A stretch of 64,000 nt of DNA from a virus. Taxonomy: Duplodnaviria; Heunggongvirae; Uroviricota; Caudoviricetes. A model generated the notes under the pieces. It did no database searches and was not told the origin of the DNA. It worked only from the letters and a program-made list of their open reading frames with translations. Where the stretch lies: IMG/VR virus record IMGVR_UViG_3300042885_000900; one strand, 5' to 3'. The translations under genes and the position numbers were made by a program. Within the stretch, counting starts at the first letter, position 1. Each line of letters begins with the position of its first letter. Of the stretch, positions 36,668 through 47,161 are shown piece after piece.

Positions 36668-37575
36668 TATTCAGTTATATTTGTAAAGTTTTTACTATAA
36701 TCAATATTGCTACCTCTATCTTGTCTAACTTCATATAACAAGTTATTAAATTGGTCTCTAATTTCGTATAAGTTATATTGTTTGTATATGTTATTAGATG
36801 TGTCATATAGAGTGTAAATTCCATCATCCATTGATTTAGTTTGATTACCAAACAACGCAATTGCGAGAGTTGAGAAATCGTGTTCAGCGATTTCAACATC
36901 TAATGTTATTGGATTAAAGAAAGTATTACTAATAATAATATTTTGATTTGGCTGTCCAATATATGGTGTTGCATTTGGTTTATTAGTTGGTGCTGATGAT
37001 GGGGACATAGTACAAAATATCAAATTAGTACTATTATCCGTATATCTATATCTTATCGCCTTTTGAGATGTATTAATCAAATTTTGAACAACCGGTTCAC
37101 AAAAGAAAGAAGATGTTATTAATCTGAAAAAATTAGGTATTTTAGTGTTATCAGAATTTAAATATTCTACCCTAAACCCTACCAATCCTTGATTAACAAA
37201 TTTGTTTTTATATTCCGCCGGTACAGCATTCAAGTCAATGATAATACCTTTAACATTAGGTAATGCGGATAACACTCCACAATCCAATATAGTGGTTCTA
37301 ATTTGAGCTGGTCTAATAAATAAGGTATAGATACCTATTTTGTTAAATTGGTCAGCAGGGAGTCTTAAATTGTATAATCCACCCAATATTTCAACATCCG
37401 CAACACCACCAGTGGTTTGACTGTTAAAATACGGTCTTAATATGTCCGCCGAGTTTAATTTTGTTAAAACAAAATTATCTGTTTCATCTCTTGATGGTGT
37501 GTAATTTAAAATTATCTCCACATCCGCTGGAGATACATCTGCTGGTCTTATCGTTCCGTATGTTCCTGTTGCCAT
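36667..37575 (-). CDS. Putative structural protein (302 aa)
   Basis: Coupled within the baseplate operon. Confidence 0.6.
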   Translation of the reverse strand: MATGTYGTIRPADVSPADVEIILNYTPSRDETDNFVLTKLNSADILRPYFNSQTTGGVADVEILGGLYNLRLPADQFNKIGIYTLFIRPAQIRTTILDCGVLSALPNVKGIIIDLNAVPAEYKNKFVNQGLVGFRVEYLNSDNTKIPNFFRLITSSFFCEPVVQNLINTSQKAIRYRYTDNSTNLIFCTMSPSSAPTNKPNATPYIGQPNQNIIISNTFFNPITLDVEIAEHDFSTLAIALFGNQTKSMDDGIYTLYDTSNNIYKQYNLYEIRDQFNNLLYEVRQDRGSNIDYSKNFTNITE

Positions 37576-37576
37576 A

Positions 37577-38686
37577 TTATATTGTTATTATATTAAAAAA
37601 TCCGTAACCATATTTTTCAAGGTCACCTATATTATCAATTTCACCCATTCTTTCAAGTCTTTCTAAACCCGACTGTTTTCCTCTATCAATAAATACATTA
37701 GATTGCACTTCTGCTTCATCAATTACATTTAATAATACCTCATTTTTTGTAATAATTGAGCAATCCGTCTCAATTGGTGCAACATCACTAACCACAAATA
37801 TTGTTGTACCATCTTCATAATCGTAATAATCAATATTATTAATACTATATCCAATGTTTAAACCATCTCTTGATATTCCTGAATATATTCCAACAACACC
37901 CGATGTACCTGTGACTTGAAGTCCTATTATATAACCCCCATCAACTAAATCTGATTTTTTACCATAAAGTTGTAAATCTTTAACAGATGATTTTGTATAT
38001 CCACTAATGATTAATGGAGATGATGAAAATGGGTCTGTTTCACCTGGATAAACATCACAAGTCTCATCACCATTAAAAATATAATCATACATTAAAGGAG
38101 TTCCTGACCAATTACCTCCTGCGGGGATAAAATGAGCCGTCCCTTTTGGGTTTGTAATTACATTATTAGTGAAAGGTACCGTAACAGTTTTAACAACCAC
38201 ATTAGAACCCCAAGGACTCATCCCCGACATAGTTATTGTATAATCTGTTGGTGTAGTTGTATATGGATATGTGTGAGAGTAAAAATTTGGTGAATTTTGT
38301 GTTATGGTTTTTTGAGGTGTATTATCCCCCCAATCTATCTTATAACTAGAAAACTCCAAATATTTTTTAAATTCAGTATCTGAAGTATTATAAAAATTAT
38401 AAGTATATGCCGATAATGTACTAGCAGAAAATAAAAAATTGGTCATAGTTTCTTTTTGTAAAACCATACCATCAAACACTGAATAATACCCTATATCCAC
38501 AGTATTTTCCGTAAATAAAATGGGGATTGTTAATCCTGTTAGTATTGAGTTTCCATTCGTACCACCAGATAAAATCTGAGTCATAGATGAATACACATAA
38601 ACATCAGTGTTTTGATACTTAACTTTAAAAATATCACCCTTAATAACTTCCGGAGAAATTTTAATATAACGATTTCTTTCTTCCAT
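37577..38686 (-). CDS. Putative structural protein, possible PKD/Ig-like segment (IDWGD)
   Basis: YKIDWGDNTP...SHTY. Confidence 0.6.
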   Translation of the reverse strand: MEERNRYIKISPEVIKGDIFKVKYQNTDVYVYSSMTQILSGGTNGNSILTGLTIPILFTENTVDIGYYSVFDGMVLQKETMTNFLFSASTLSAYTYNFYNTSDTEFKKYLEFSSYKIDWGDNTPQKTITQNSPNFYSHTYPYTTTPTDYTITMSGMSPWGSNVVVKTVTVPFTNNVITNPKGTAHFIPAGGNWSGTPLMYDYIFNGDETCDVYPGETDPFSSSPLIISGYTKSSVKDLQLYGKKSDLVDGGYIIGLQVTGTSGVVGIYSGISRDGLNIGYSINNIDYYDYEDGTTIFVVSDVAPIETDCSIITKNEVLLNVIDEAEVQSNVFIDRGKQSGLERLERMGEIDNIGDLEKYGYGFFNIITI

Positions 38687-38688
38687 AA

Positions 38689-39519
38689 TTAAGGATTAAC
38701 ATATTCATACCATTTTATGGAACTAGTCGTTCCCACTCTAACATCATTATCGTTAATGTCTTTATCAAAAACTTGATATGTTTTTTTATCTAAATCTAAC
38801 TTTACTTTGTAATAAAAATTTGAATCACTAAACTGAAATAAGGTAGGTTTTAACAATATTTGAGGAGTTTTACTCATTTTAACATAAACACCTAATCTAG
38901 CATCAAAGAATTTTGCACTCATATAAAAAGTATCTATATCTATAAAATCTTTTTTTCTTAACCAATATATAAAAAACCCTTCTTTATCACCCACAAAATC
39001 TAACTGATATGACGGTATTTTTATATTAACATTTGGAATATATTGTGAAATACTAACTGATTCTGTCGCCCCCTGTTGAACCGGAATAATTATTGTAAAA
39101 TAATTTGTTTGAGATTTTCCTTCGGTTGTATCGTAAAAATCCAATTTAAAAAATGATTTGGTAAATGGTTTTTCATAATAATACACTTCCGATTTTGTAA
39201 ATCCTTCGGGTATATAACTAGTTACCCAATCATTAGTTGTTGAGGCCGTTACTTGTGTTGAAGGATTAGTTGGAACACCCCCATCAACACTAAAAAAATG
39301 AAAATCATATTTAATATCTGTCTTTGTATTTTCAAGATATGGCTCATGACTAAACCTAAACACCTCAAAATCGTAAGCGGTTCCAATAATTTCCTCAATA
39401 ACCTCATGTTCATATATCTCAATACTATCGTCTCTACCATAAAAGTCCCATTTTAACTCTATTGGTAAATCAATATACTTGTCGGTTGCCGGTAAAACAA
39501 ATTTAAATTTATTACTCAC
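38689..39519 (-). CDS. Putative structural protein (276 aa)
   Basis: Operon context. Confidence 0.6.
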   Translation of the reverse strand: MSNKFKFVLPATDKYIDLPIELKWDFYGRDDSIEIYEHEVIEEIIGTAYDFEVFRFSHEPYLENTKTDIKYDFHFFSVDGGVPTNPSTQVTASTTNDWVTSYIPEGFTKSEVYYYEKPFTKSFFKLDFYDTTEGKSQTNYFTIIIPVQQGATESVSISQYIPNVNIKIPSYQLDFVGDKEGFFIYWLRKKDFIDIDTFYMSAKFFDARLGVYVKMSKTPQILLKPTLFQFSDSNFYYKVKLDLDKKTYQVFDKDINDNDVRVGTTSSIKWYEYVNP

Positions 39520-41335
39520 AATTATCTATTATTGGTTCAGATACTATCGTCTGTTCATTATAATTAGTACCCTCCGGTATTATTCTAAAAATTATATTTT
39601 TATATGGGTAATGAACCCCATTTAAGAAAGGATAATCAACACCATTTCCTTTAGGGTCAATATAACCATAAGTGTATTTATCTCTCCATATAAACCTACC
39701 CTTACTTTCCGAGTAATAAGAATAGTATGGAATATCTGCAACATTTATTTTATCACCTTCCTCAATGTAATCAGAATATTCACTTATTGTAATACTATTG
39801 TGGGGTTGGTAATAATAACCATAAGGGTTTGTTGTTTCCATCACACCAGGAGGAGTTGTTGAACTCTTAGGTGTTCCAATATTAAACACCGTGGGATTAT
39901 AAATTAATTTGTGATATAAATTTGATATAACTCGTTCTTTCTGTTCGTAATCATTCCATTCACAAAAATCCCCATCTAATATATCACCCTTCTTTAAGGA
40001 ATCCACATATGAAAAATTTATTTGACTTCCATTAAGTTGGATACCTAAAGGTGTTGTATATGTACTCATTGGGAAATTAGTATCTGATAACCCATTAATA
40101 TCTTTCCACCAATCCGTCGGTAATTTAGTTGTAGGATTTAAAGGTAAATTAAACCCATAACCTTGTTTCATACCATATACACCTAATCCAGGTCCTTTAG
40201 ACCTACCAAACATTAACCCAAAATACCCTTTCCAAATTGTTGTGAAAAATAATTCAGTTATTGGTCTTTTTTGATTGTCTCTGATTGGACTAATATCAAT
40301 ATCGGAATTAAATGATAAAGTATATGACTGTGAACCTTCTTTAATTGACACCCTCGACAATTTATTTGGTGTAAACCCACTACTTTCAAATTTTTTAGTA
40401 ATACCAAAAATATTTTGGTCAAACCCCGCATTTACCAACACAGCATCATCAGGATTTGTTAATAATTTATGTTTTCTCACATAATATTTAGAAATAGTTT
40501 CGTTGGGTATTAAACTATTTATTACCCTCCTAAATGTTCCTTTTTTATCATCATTAAATGTGGTACCGGTAAATCCTACATTAAATAAATTAAAAATATA
40601 TTCTCCACTACCATATGCCTCATCACCTAATGAATAAACCTCAAATGTATCTACACCATTATAGATGAATGCTGACGATAATTTAACCGATTCTCCAACA
40701 GATAACCCATGTTTAATGGGACACCTAAAAGAAATAATATCTAAACCATTATATGTCGTATTTTCAATTATAAATGGAATACCTGTTGATGCCGACCAAC
40801 TTAAAGTTTGTTTTGATTTACTCTCAATAGCTTGAAGTCCTTTATTATAATCATTCTCAAATGGATAACTCATAAAAAAATTCCAATTGTATGTTGAAGC
40901 ACTTTTATTAACAAAGGTTAAATGATTGTTAGGTGGTTGAGTATACCCACTAACATTATAATCACTACGAATAAAATCAAATTCATGATATTGGGGAAAT
41001 CCTGACCATGGAATATTTGGGTTAACCGGACAACTATTTAGAGCAGCCTGTTTTTCATTCACATAAACCAAATTATTTTCTAACGGTGTATAATTTGTTA
41101 ATCCAGTGTAAGAATTTTTAAATAAAATAGAGAATTTACAAGAAGGCCTGAATATATTAGATTTTTGTCTTTCATCATCAAATACTTGTTCTAAAGAAAT
41201 ATCAATATTCCTATCAAATTCAACATTTTCTTTACTCGTTTGAACCAAAGGAACATTAAACATCAAATTAGTATTTGACGCTGTTTTATATCTTAACGAA
41301 CCTAAAACAACTCTAGTATCTGTTCTATTACCCAT
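39512..41335 (-). CDS. Putative structural protein (~607 aa)
   Basis: Operon context; probable start MGNRTD at 41335. Confidence 0.6.
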   Translation of the reverse strand: MGNRTDTRVVLGSLRYKTASNTNLMFNVPLVQTSKENVEFDRNIDISLEQVFDDERQKSNIFRPSCKFSILFKNSYTGLTNYTPLENNLVYVNEKQAALNSCPVNPNIPWSGFPQYHEFDFIRSDYNVSGYTQPPNNHLTFVNKSASTYNWNFFMSYPFENDYNKGLQAIESKSKQTLSWSASTGIPFIIENTTYNGLDIISFRCPIKHGLSVGESVKLSSAFIYNGVDTFEVYSLGDEAYGSGEYIFNLFNVGFTGTTFNDDKKGTFRRVINSLIPNETISKYYVRKHKLLTNPDDAVLVNAGFDQNIFGITKKFESSGFTPNKLSRVSIKEGSQSYTLSFNSDIDISPIRDNQKRPITELFFTTIWKGYFGLMFGRSKGPGLGVYGMKQGYGFNLPLNPTTKLPTDWWKDINGLSDTNFPMSTYTTPLGIQLNGSQINFSYVDSLKKGDILDGDFCEWNDYEQKERVISNLYHKLIYNPTVFNIGTPKSSTTPPGVMETTNPYGYYYQPHNSITISEYSDYIEEGDKINVADIPYYSYYSESKGRFIWRDKYTYGYIDPKGNGVDYPFLNGVHYPYKNIIFRIIPEGTNYNEQTIVSEPIIDNCE

Positions 41336-41336
41336 A

Positions 41337-44300
41337 TTATATTGTTGTATTAGTATTAATCCATTTTTTTGTAAATCTATCAAAAGACGATTTACCCGTT
41401 TTTAACCCAAAATAAAAATGAAAAGGTGCTCCAACAGTAATATCGCTGGCATTCCCATCATTTTTATCCCATGAAGTTACTGAAGCATCCAAAACATAAT
41501 CATTATTTGTACTTGCACTTACTGAATAAATATGCGATTTAAAAAATTGTGTTTGATTCGCAACATTAGTTCTAAAATATCTCGACGCCTTATCTAATCT
41601 ATCCAAATCTTGGTATTTATAACTAAAAAAAGCCCCATCACCTAAAGGGTTTGTTTCCCATTCATTTTTTTGTGTTCCAAAGATATTATTACTATCTTGG
41701 ATTCTCCACTGATAAAATGGTACTAATTGACTAAAAACATTAATATTACTAAACCCGCACGCATCACCTTTAGGAACTGTAGAATCAATAATTGTTCTTT
41801 TTGGTGAAATAAAATCTCTAACTCTAGTATCGGAAGAAAAGAAAACCCCAAAAATAACACTACCTTGACTACTACCATCATAATAAATTGGGTCTTGACT
41901 ATTAGGGTTATCCGGATAATTTATCCCTTCAAAAGGTGACACTCCTAATTCAGAATTAATTGATGTCATTTGTGAATAATCACCATCAATCATTAATTTA
42001 GTTCTACTAAAAAAAGAAAGGATACCAAGACCGGTTAAACTTTGTAGAAAAGAAGTGTTTGCCAATCTAGTAACTATTAACATATTTAATAATTCGGAAA
42101 CATCCCCAAATGTTGTTGAGTTTAAATCTTTTACAACATATCCATCAAAGTCATCTGACATTATAATTTCTTGTAAATAATCGCTTCTAGGACCTAAATC
42201 TAACATAGTTGTTGGTGTTTTTAAATTATACCAATTACCTCCATCACCACCACTCGGTCTACGTGCACCAATAAACCCATATTGTAATTTGTTCGGGTCA
42301 AGTAGTCCATATGGACTACTTCTATAGAAAAAATTATTATTATTTGGATTAAACACAATAACATCCGTACAATACCTATTTATTGGTAAATTTGGTTTAT
42401 TCGAGAAAGGACTAGTATAAATCACATCATTTTTAAAAGTAAATGCGTATAAAGTACCATTAATCCAATTATTGGTAAATAAATGTGAAAATACGTTTCT
42501 ACAAGCAGCAAATATTGTTTGAATTCTACCTGTCCACTCAACAACACGCTCAATATCACTAATTAAACTTAGAATTGGTTTTGTCATTAAAATATAACAC
42601 CCGTTTTTAAAATCTTGTTTACCACCACCACCTTTCCAACAAGTATCTGATTTTTCTTTAATAGTAATTTCATTATTAACATTCTCATAACACGTTAATG
42701 GTGCCATATTTTCACAACTAAACGAATCAATAACCGCACTAAAAACAGCCGGTTCGTCTGTCGTATCAAACGAACCATCCGTAAGATTTTCTGACCCGGT
42801 CGCCGCAACCGTTTGACTTGTAGATGCTCCATTATCTGATAAGATAAAAACAGCAAATTGAGTATTCGTATGTAATGCGAAACTATTATTAAGATTATCT
42901 TGGGGACTAGTTGATGTCGGTAATCTATCCGACCTCATAATTATTTGAGTTCCAGACACACCTAACCCAATATTCATATTTAAACTACTCGAGTATTTTG
43001 GAGCGTAGTAAACATTATAAGTTTCTATAGGTGAATTGGTTAAAGGTGATTTAACAATATTAAGAGCTTGATAAAATAAACTACCTCCATCTACACTTTC
43101 TCCAGGAAAATACCCTCTATTATTTGAACCCGAATTATAAACACCATATCGTCGTCGAGAATTTATATTCGAAAATCCAAAAGTATGATAAACATCATAT
43201 CCATCCACCCACTCAACTATAAAACCATTATTTCCTTGGGTACCAATTGATACTCCACCCACAGATTTAATTATGTTAGTTATACCTCCACCTAAATTAG
43301 TTGATAATAAATAATAATTATTTAAAGACACTGGTGGATAAGTAATGGTGTTATAATTATTAACATTAAAATAATAAGTTAATGATGGTGTATATGGTAT
43401 TGTAACATAACCCGCGTATGTCCCTTGGAAGTATACTTTAACATCACTACTTTGTTCAACATTCGCAAATATTTTTACAATAATTCTATCAGAACTACTA
43501 TATGTGTCTCCTATTATAGGTACTAAAATCGTATATTGTTGTGGAATAATAAAATAATTAATAGTCATTGGTGAAACAATACTACTCCCCAATAAAACTT
43601 CACTTCCAGTTGAGAAATCCCATCTATAAATGTTTACATATAAGGATGTTTGACCATTCAAAGTGGTTGAGCTTCTATTCGCGTAAATCTTAATTGTTGC
43701 CGTTACACCCAATTCTGTTGTTGATAAATTTGGAATTGAGGATGGTGTTATAAATCCCGCAACTAAAATGTCTCTTTGTGGTGGTAAATAATTATTATTA
43801 TCATTGGTCCAAGTATCACTAACTCTAAAATAATCACCAGATAACACAGGATTAGTTGTACTACCAAGTGTTGGTGGTACTGGGTCACCAGGGTAATTAC
43901 CTGAAGTAAATGATAAATTTTGTTTGTCTAATTTAGAATAATAAGTATGTAAATTAGTTGAGAATCCACTAAAACTGAATACCCCACTTGTCGATGGTTT
44001 AAAATGAAATGAATCGTAATATAAATTCTGACCGGTTAAACCGTCCATTAATGTATTATCATTCAAATTATGTGTGGTACATTTTAACCCCCCCTTAATA
44101 GGATGATTTAACTTAAAACTATTCACGGTATCACCCGTTATAATTGTTGGCACATTACCAAAATCATAACCAAATAAACGACTTAAATCATAACTTACAT
44201 TAACCCTAGATGAATTGGGGTCAACCCCTCTAACCAAAAAGACAACTCTTTGTTTCTCTTGTTTTTTATAATAAACTATTGGTGAAAAAATTCTATTGTT

Positions 44301-47090
44301 AGAGTTAAACTCAATGCTTGGATTATCTGGGTCTATACGATAAAACGACATTGTGTTACTTAAAAATCGATTATTAAACGAATTAATATTACTCCAATCA
44401 TTAGGTATTGACACTGTTGTTGTATTACACATACCTGTATATTCAACATAAGTCATTCCTGTAATAACTTGGAAGTATTCTATATCCATTGGAAATTTAG
44501 CATAATTAGCATCTCCCGATTGAGATATATTATACATGACACTACTGTTAATATTAAGATTTCCCGTATTACTTGGGTCAGCATATTGAACATTTATTGT
44601 AGCACTATTATTAATTGGTGAGCCAGTTATTGAGTAAGTACCGTATTCATTTAATGATACCCCATCTCCGGTTATATTTATATCCTTTGATAATGAAATA
44701 TCTTGAAAAGTAATAATAGACCCTGATATTACCTTACTTGATGATGAATCACAAACAACCGCAATAACATTATCGTAATGAAATTTACCAGCATTTAGTT
44801 CCGGTTGGAATGTTACTTTTATCCTATTAACCCCCCCTCCAGGATTATTAGGCGAATCATTAAAATATTTTCCTTTAGTGTTAAAAAGATTTAATCTTTC
44901 CGACACTGTTAAGCTAGATGTAAAATAACTATATTCAGGGTCGGTTCCGGTTAATTCTGCAGTAGGGTTTTTATCATCTGTTGTTGTAGTTATCAGTTCC
45001 GGAACTCTACTTTCTATTATCAATGTTTCATCCTCAACACTACCTAAAGAACGGCCAGCAAACATACCCTGATACACGAAATCTCCCGTATAAATTGTGT
45101 CACTCCTTTTTCGGTTATAATAATTACTCAATATTTGATATTGAGTTAAAAGTGATGGTCCACCACCTTCCGGAATTGTAACACCTTCCATATCAATCTG
45201 CAACTCTTCAACATCTTTATCTTCCTTTGGTAAATTATCTGGGTCACCACAATCGCAAAAAGAACAATCAGGATAAGATAAATTAGGTATTTTAATATTT
45301 TTTAACTTATCAGGAAAAGAAAGAAGTTGATTTCCAAGGTCTTTAATCTGCGCAAGTGTCATACAACTGAAACTATCTCTAGTTCTTCTAAATCTTTTAC
45401 CAATACCAAATGGAAGTATTCCTAATATACTTAAAATAATTTTAATAACATTACAAATTGCTGAAACTACAAGCAATACAGGAACAAGAATTATAATACA
45501 GATAATCGCCAAAACTTTTAAAACAAACCATAAAATATGTACAACAGGGATTAAAACAATAAAAATTGGTCTAAATAAAAATAACATTATCCAAAAGATA
45601 AAATAAATTAAATCAAATCTAAATACCGAATCATTAGCCGGAAATTTATTATTATCACTCTCACACGCATCATCTAAAATATTTTTTATACTAATAATCT
45701 GATTAGGAAAACTACCATTCCTATATTGGTCAATTAATTGAGATACTGTATAAACTTTATTATACTGCATTAAATAAAAGGTATCATCACAATTAATACC
45801 TGATTGTATATCCGCATAATCATTCCAATCTAAACTAAACGAATACGATTTTAAAGCTTCTTGATAATTCGTATTATTTACATTTGATAATGGGTCTTGG
45901 GAGCTAGTATCCCAACCGTGTTCTTTAATGTTAGGAACTAAAAAATATCCTCGTCTAACTGTTTCCGATAATGATGGCGATTGATTCCATTTAACCTTAA
46001 ATCTGTATTTAGCCTTAGTTGGTATACCTTTCTTAGGGTCATCAGATATAACTTGTTCACCAAATTCATTAGTCACTAAATAATCCAAATTCATTGGCAC
46101 ATCCAATAACCAAGTACCATTCTCATCAATTACTTGACCCCCTTCTTCTAAATCGACTGTCTCAAGGACCGGATATCCATTAACATCCTTAAAGATAGTT
46201 TGTCGTATTGCCAATATTTCTCCCGGACCAGCAATTAAAGAACATTGAGCCCCTGACTTAACTCTTGGTTTACAATTTCGTTTTACAACATCATCATTAT
46301 TTGTTGATACTATTGACCCCATAAAAATAGATGTTGGTCTAATGTCAATACTAGCCTCAGATGATAAGTCAAAATCTGTTCTAGTTATACCCAAATTACA
46401 TATTTCAGGTTGTCCCCATAATGGTTCAACTGTTATTACCTTATTAATTGATATAATTTGAGGTAATTCCCGTAAATTACTTGATGATTTAAAATTAACC
46501 CCCGCAACTTGATTTGGTGTTGCAATACCCATTCTAACTAAATCTTGAGGAGATAATGAAAATTCACCTATATCAGATAAATCAACATCTAAAACTATTG
46601 TTTGAGAACCAGGTGGTACCCCAAAAATCATATAGTCACCACTACTATTAGTTGTTGTTGTGTATTTATAATACTTATCAAAAACCTCAATTAGGGTTGG
46701 GTCAGTTAATACATCTTGTCTAGTGAAAAAAGTTCCCGTTGGGTTGTGACCACTATGTGATTTAGTGTATGGTAGTAAGTTGTATCTATACCCATCTTCA
46801 TTTAAATCAATTAATGATTTGTAAGGATATAAATCAGATATAACAGGATTTGATTCATCTGCTTTATCTAATGGAATAAATACAGATACTTTAGCATTTG
46901 GAATACCAAATCCATTGTTAACACTAACACGACCAACAATAACCCCATAATCGGAGCATTGTCTAGTGTAGATTTGACTTTGCAATACTTTCAAAGAAAG
47001 TATTTCCAAATACTCAAATTCTTGGTCTATTAAAACTTTAATTGAGGTATCAACACCAGGTTTGGTTCTTATTCTAAATGAATTGGACAT
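41337..47090 (-). CDS. Very large putative baseplate/tail protein (1917 aa) with internal hydrophobic stretch
   Basis: Directly downstream of gp6-like gene; long hydrophobic segment FWIMLFLF...ILPFG; TATTTATT upstream at 47104-47111. Confidence 0.62.
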   Translation of the reverse strand: MSNSFRIRTKPGVDTSIKVLIDQEFEYLEILSLKVLQSQIYTRQCSDYGVIVGRVSVNNGFGIPNAKVSVFIPLDKADESNPVISDLYPYKSLIDLNEDGYRYNLLPYTKSHSGHNPTGTFFTRQDVLTDPTLIEVFDKYYKYTTTTNSSGDYMIFGVPPGSQTIVLDVDLSDIGEFSLSPQDLVRMGIATPNQVAGVNFKSSSNLRELPQIISINKVITVEPLWGQPEICNLGITRTDFDLSSEASIDIRPTSIFMGSIVSTNNDDVVKRNCKPRVKSGAQCSLIAGPGEILAIRQTIFKDVNGYPVLETVDLEEGGQVIDENGTWLLDVPMNLDYLVTNEFGEQVISDDPKKGIPTKAKYRFKVKWNQSPSLSETVRRGYFLVPNIKEHGWDTSSQDPLSNVNNTNYQEALKSYSFSLDWNDYADIQSGINCDDTFYLMQYNKVYTVSQLIDQYRNGSFPNQIISIKNILDDACESDNNKFPANDSVFRFDLIYFIFWIMLFLFRPIFIVLIPVVHILWFVLKVLAIICIIILVPVLLVVSAICNVIKIILSILGILPFGIGKRFRRTRDSFSCMTLAQIKDLGNQLLSFPDKLKNIKIPNLSYPDCSFCDCGDPDNLPKEDKDVEELQIDMEGVTIPEGGGPSLLTQYQILSNYYNRKRSDTIYTGDFVYQGMFAGRSLGSVEDETLIIESRVPELITTTTDDKNPTAELTGTDPEYSYFTSSLTVSERLNLFNTKGKYFNDSPNNPGGGVNRIKVTFQPELNAGKFHYDNVIAVVCDSSSSKVISGSIITFQDISLSKDINITGDGVSLNEYGTYSITGSPINNSATINVQYADPSNTGNLNINSSVMYNISQSGDANYAKFPMDIEYFQVITGMTYVEYTGMCNTTTVSIPNDWSNINSFNNRFLSNTMSFYRIDPDNPSIEFNSNNRIFSPIVYYKKQEKQRVVFLVRGVDPNSSRVNVSYDLSRLFGYDFGNVPTIITGDTVNSFKLNHPIKGGLKCTTHNLNDNTLMDGLTGQNLYYDSFHFKPSTSGVFSFSGFSTNLHTYYSKLDKQNLSFTSGNYPGDPVPPTLGSTTNPVLSGDYFRVSDTWTNDNNNYLPPQRDILVAGFITPSSIPNLSTTELGVTATIKIYANRSSTTLNGQTSLYVNIYRWDFSTGSEVLLGSSIVSPMTINYFIIPQQYTILVPIIGDTYSSSDRIIVKIFANVEQSSDVKVYFQGTYAGYVTIPYTPSLTYYFNVNNYNTITYPPVSLNNYYLLSTNLGGGITNIIKSVGGVSIGTQGNNGFIVEWVDGYDVYHTFGFSNINSRRRYGVYNSGSNNRGYFPGESVDGGSLFYQALNIVKSPLTNSPIETYNVYYAPKYSSSLNMNIGLGVSGTQIIMRSDRLPTSTSPQDNLNNSFALHTNTQFAVFILSDNGASTSQTVAATGSENLTDGSFDTTDEPAVFSAVIDSFSCENMAPLTCYENVNNEITIKEKSDTCWKGGGGKQDFKNGCYILMTKPILSLISDIERVVEWTGRIQTIFAACRNVFSHLFTNNWINGTLYAFTFKNDVIYTSPFSNKPNLPINRYCTDVIVFNPNNNNFFYRSSPYGLLDPNKLQYGFIGARRPSGGDGGNWYNLKTPTTMLDLGPRSDYLQEIIMSDDFDGYVVKDLNSTTFGDVSELLNMLIVTRLANTSFLQSLTGLGILSFFSRTKLMIDGDYSQMTSINSELGVSPFEGINYPDNPNSQDPIYYDGSSQGSVIFGVFFSSDTRVRDFISPKRTIIDSTVPKGDACGFSNINVFSQLVPFYQWRIQDSNNIFGTQKNEWETNPLGDGAFFSYKYQDLDRLDKASRYFRTNVANQTQFFKSHIYSVSASTNNDYVLDASVTSWDKNDGNASDITVGAPFHFYFGLKTGKSSFDRFTKKWINTNTTI

Positions 47091-47161
47091 AATATTCTTT
47101 TTTAATAAATAGTTTATATACTATTTTCAAAAGATAGTCCATATTATTTTAAAATAAATTA

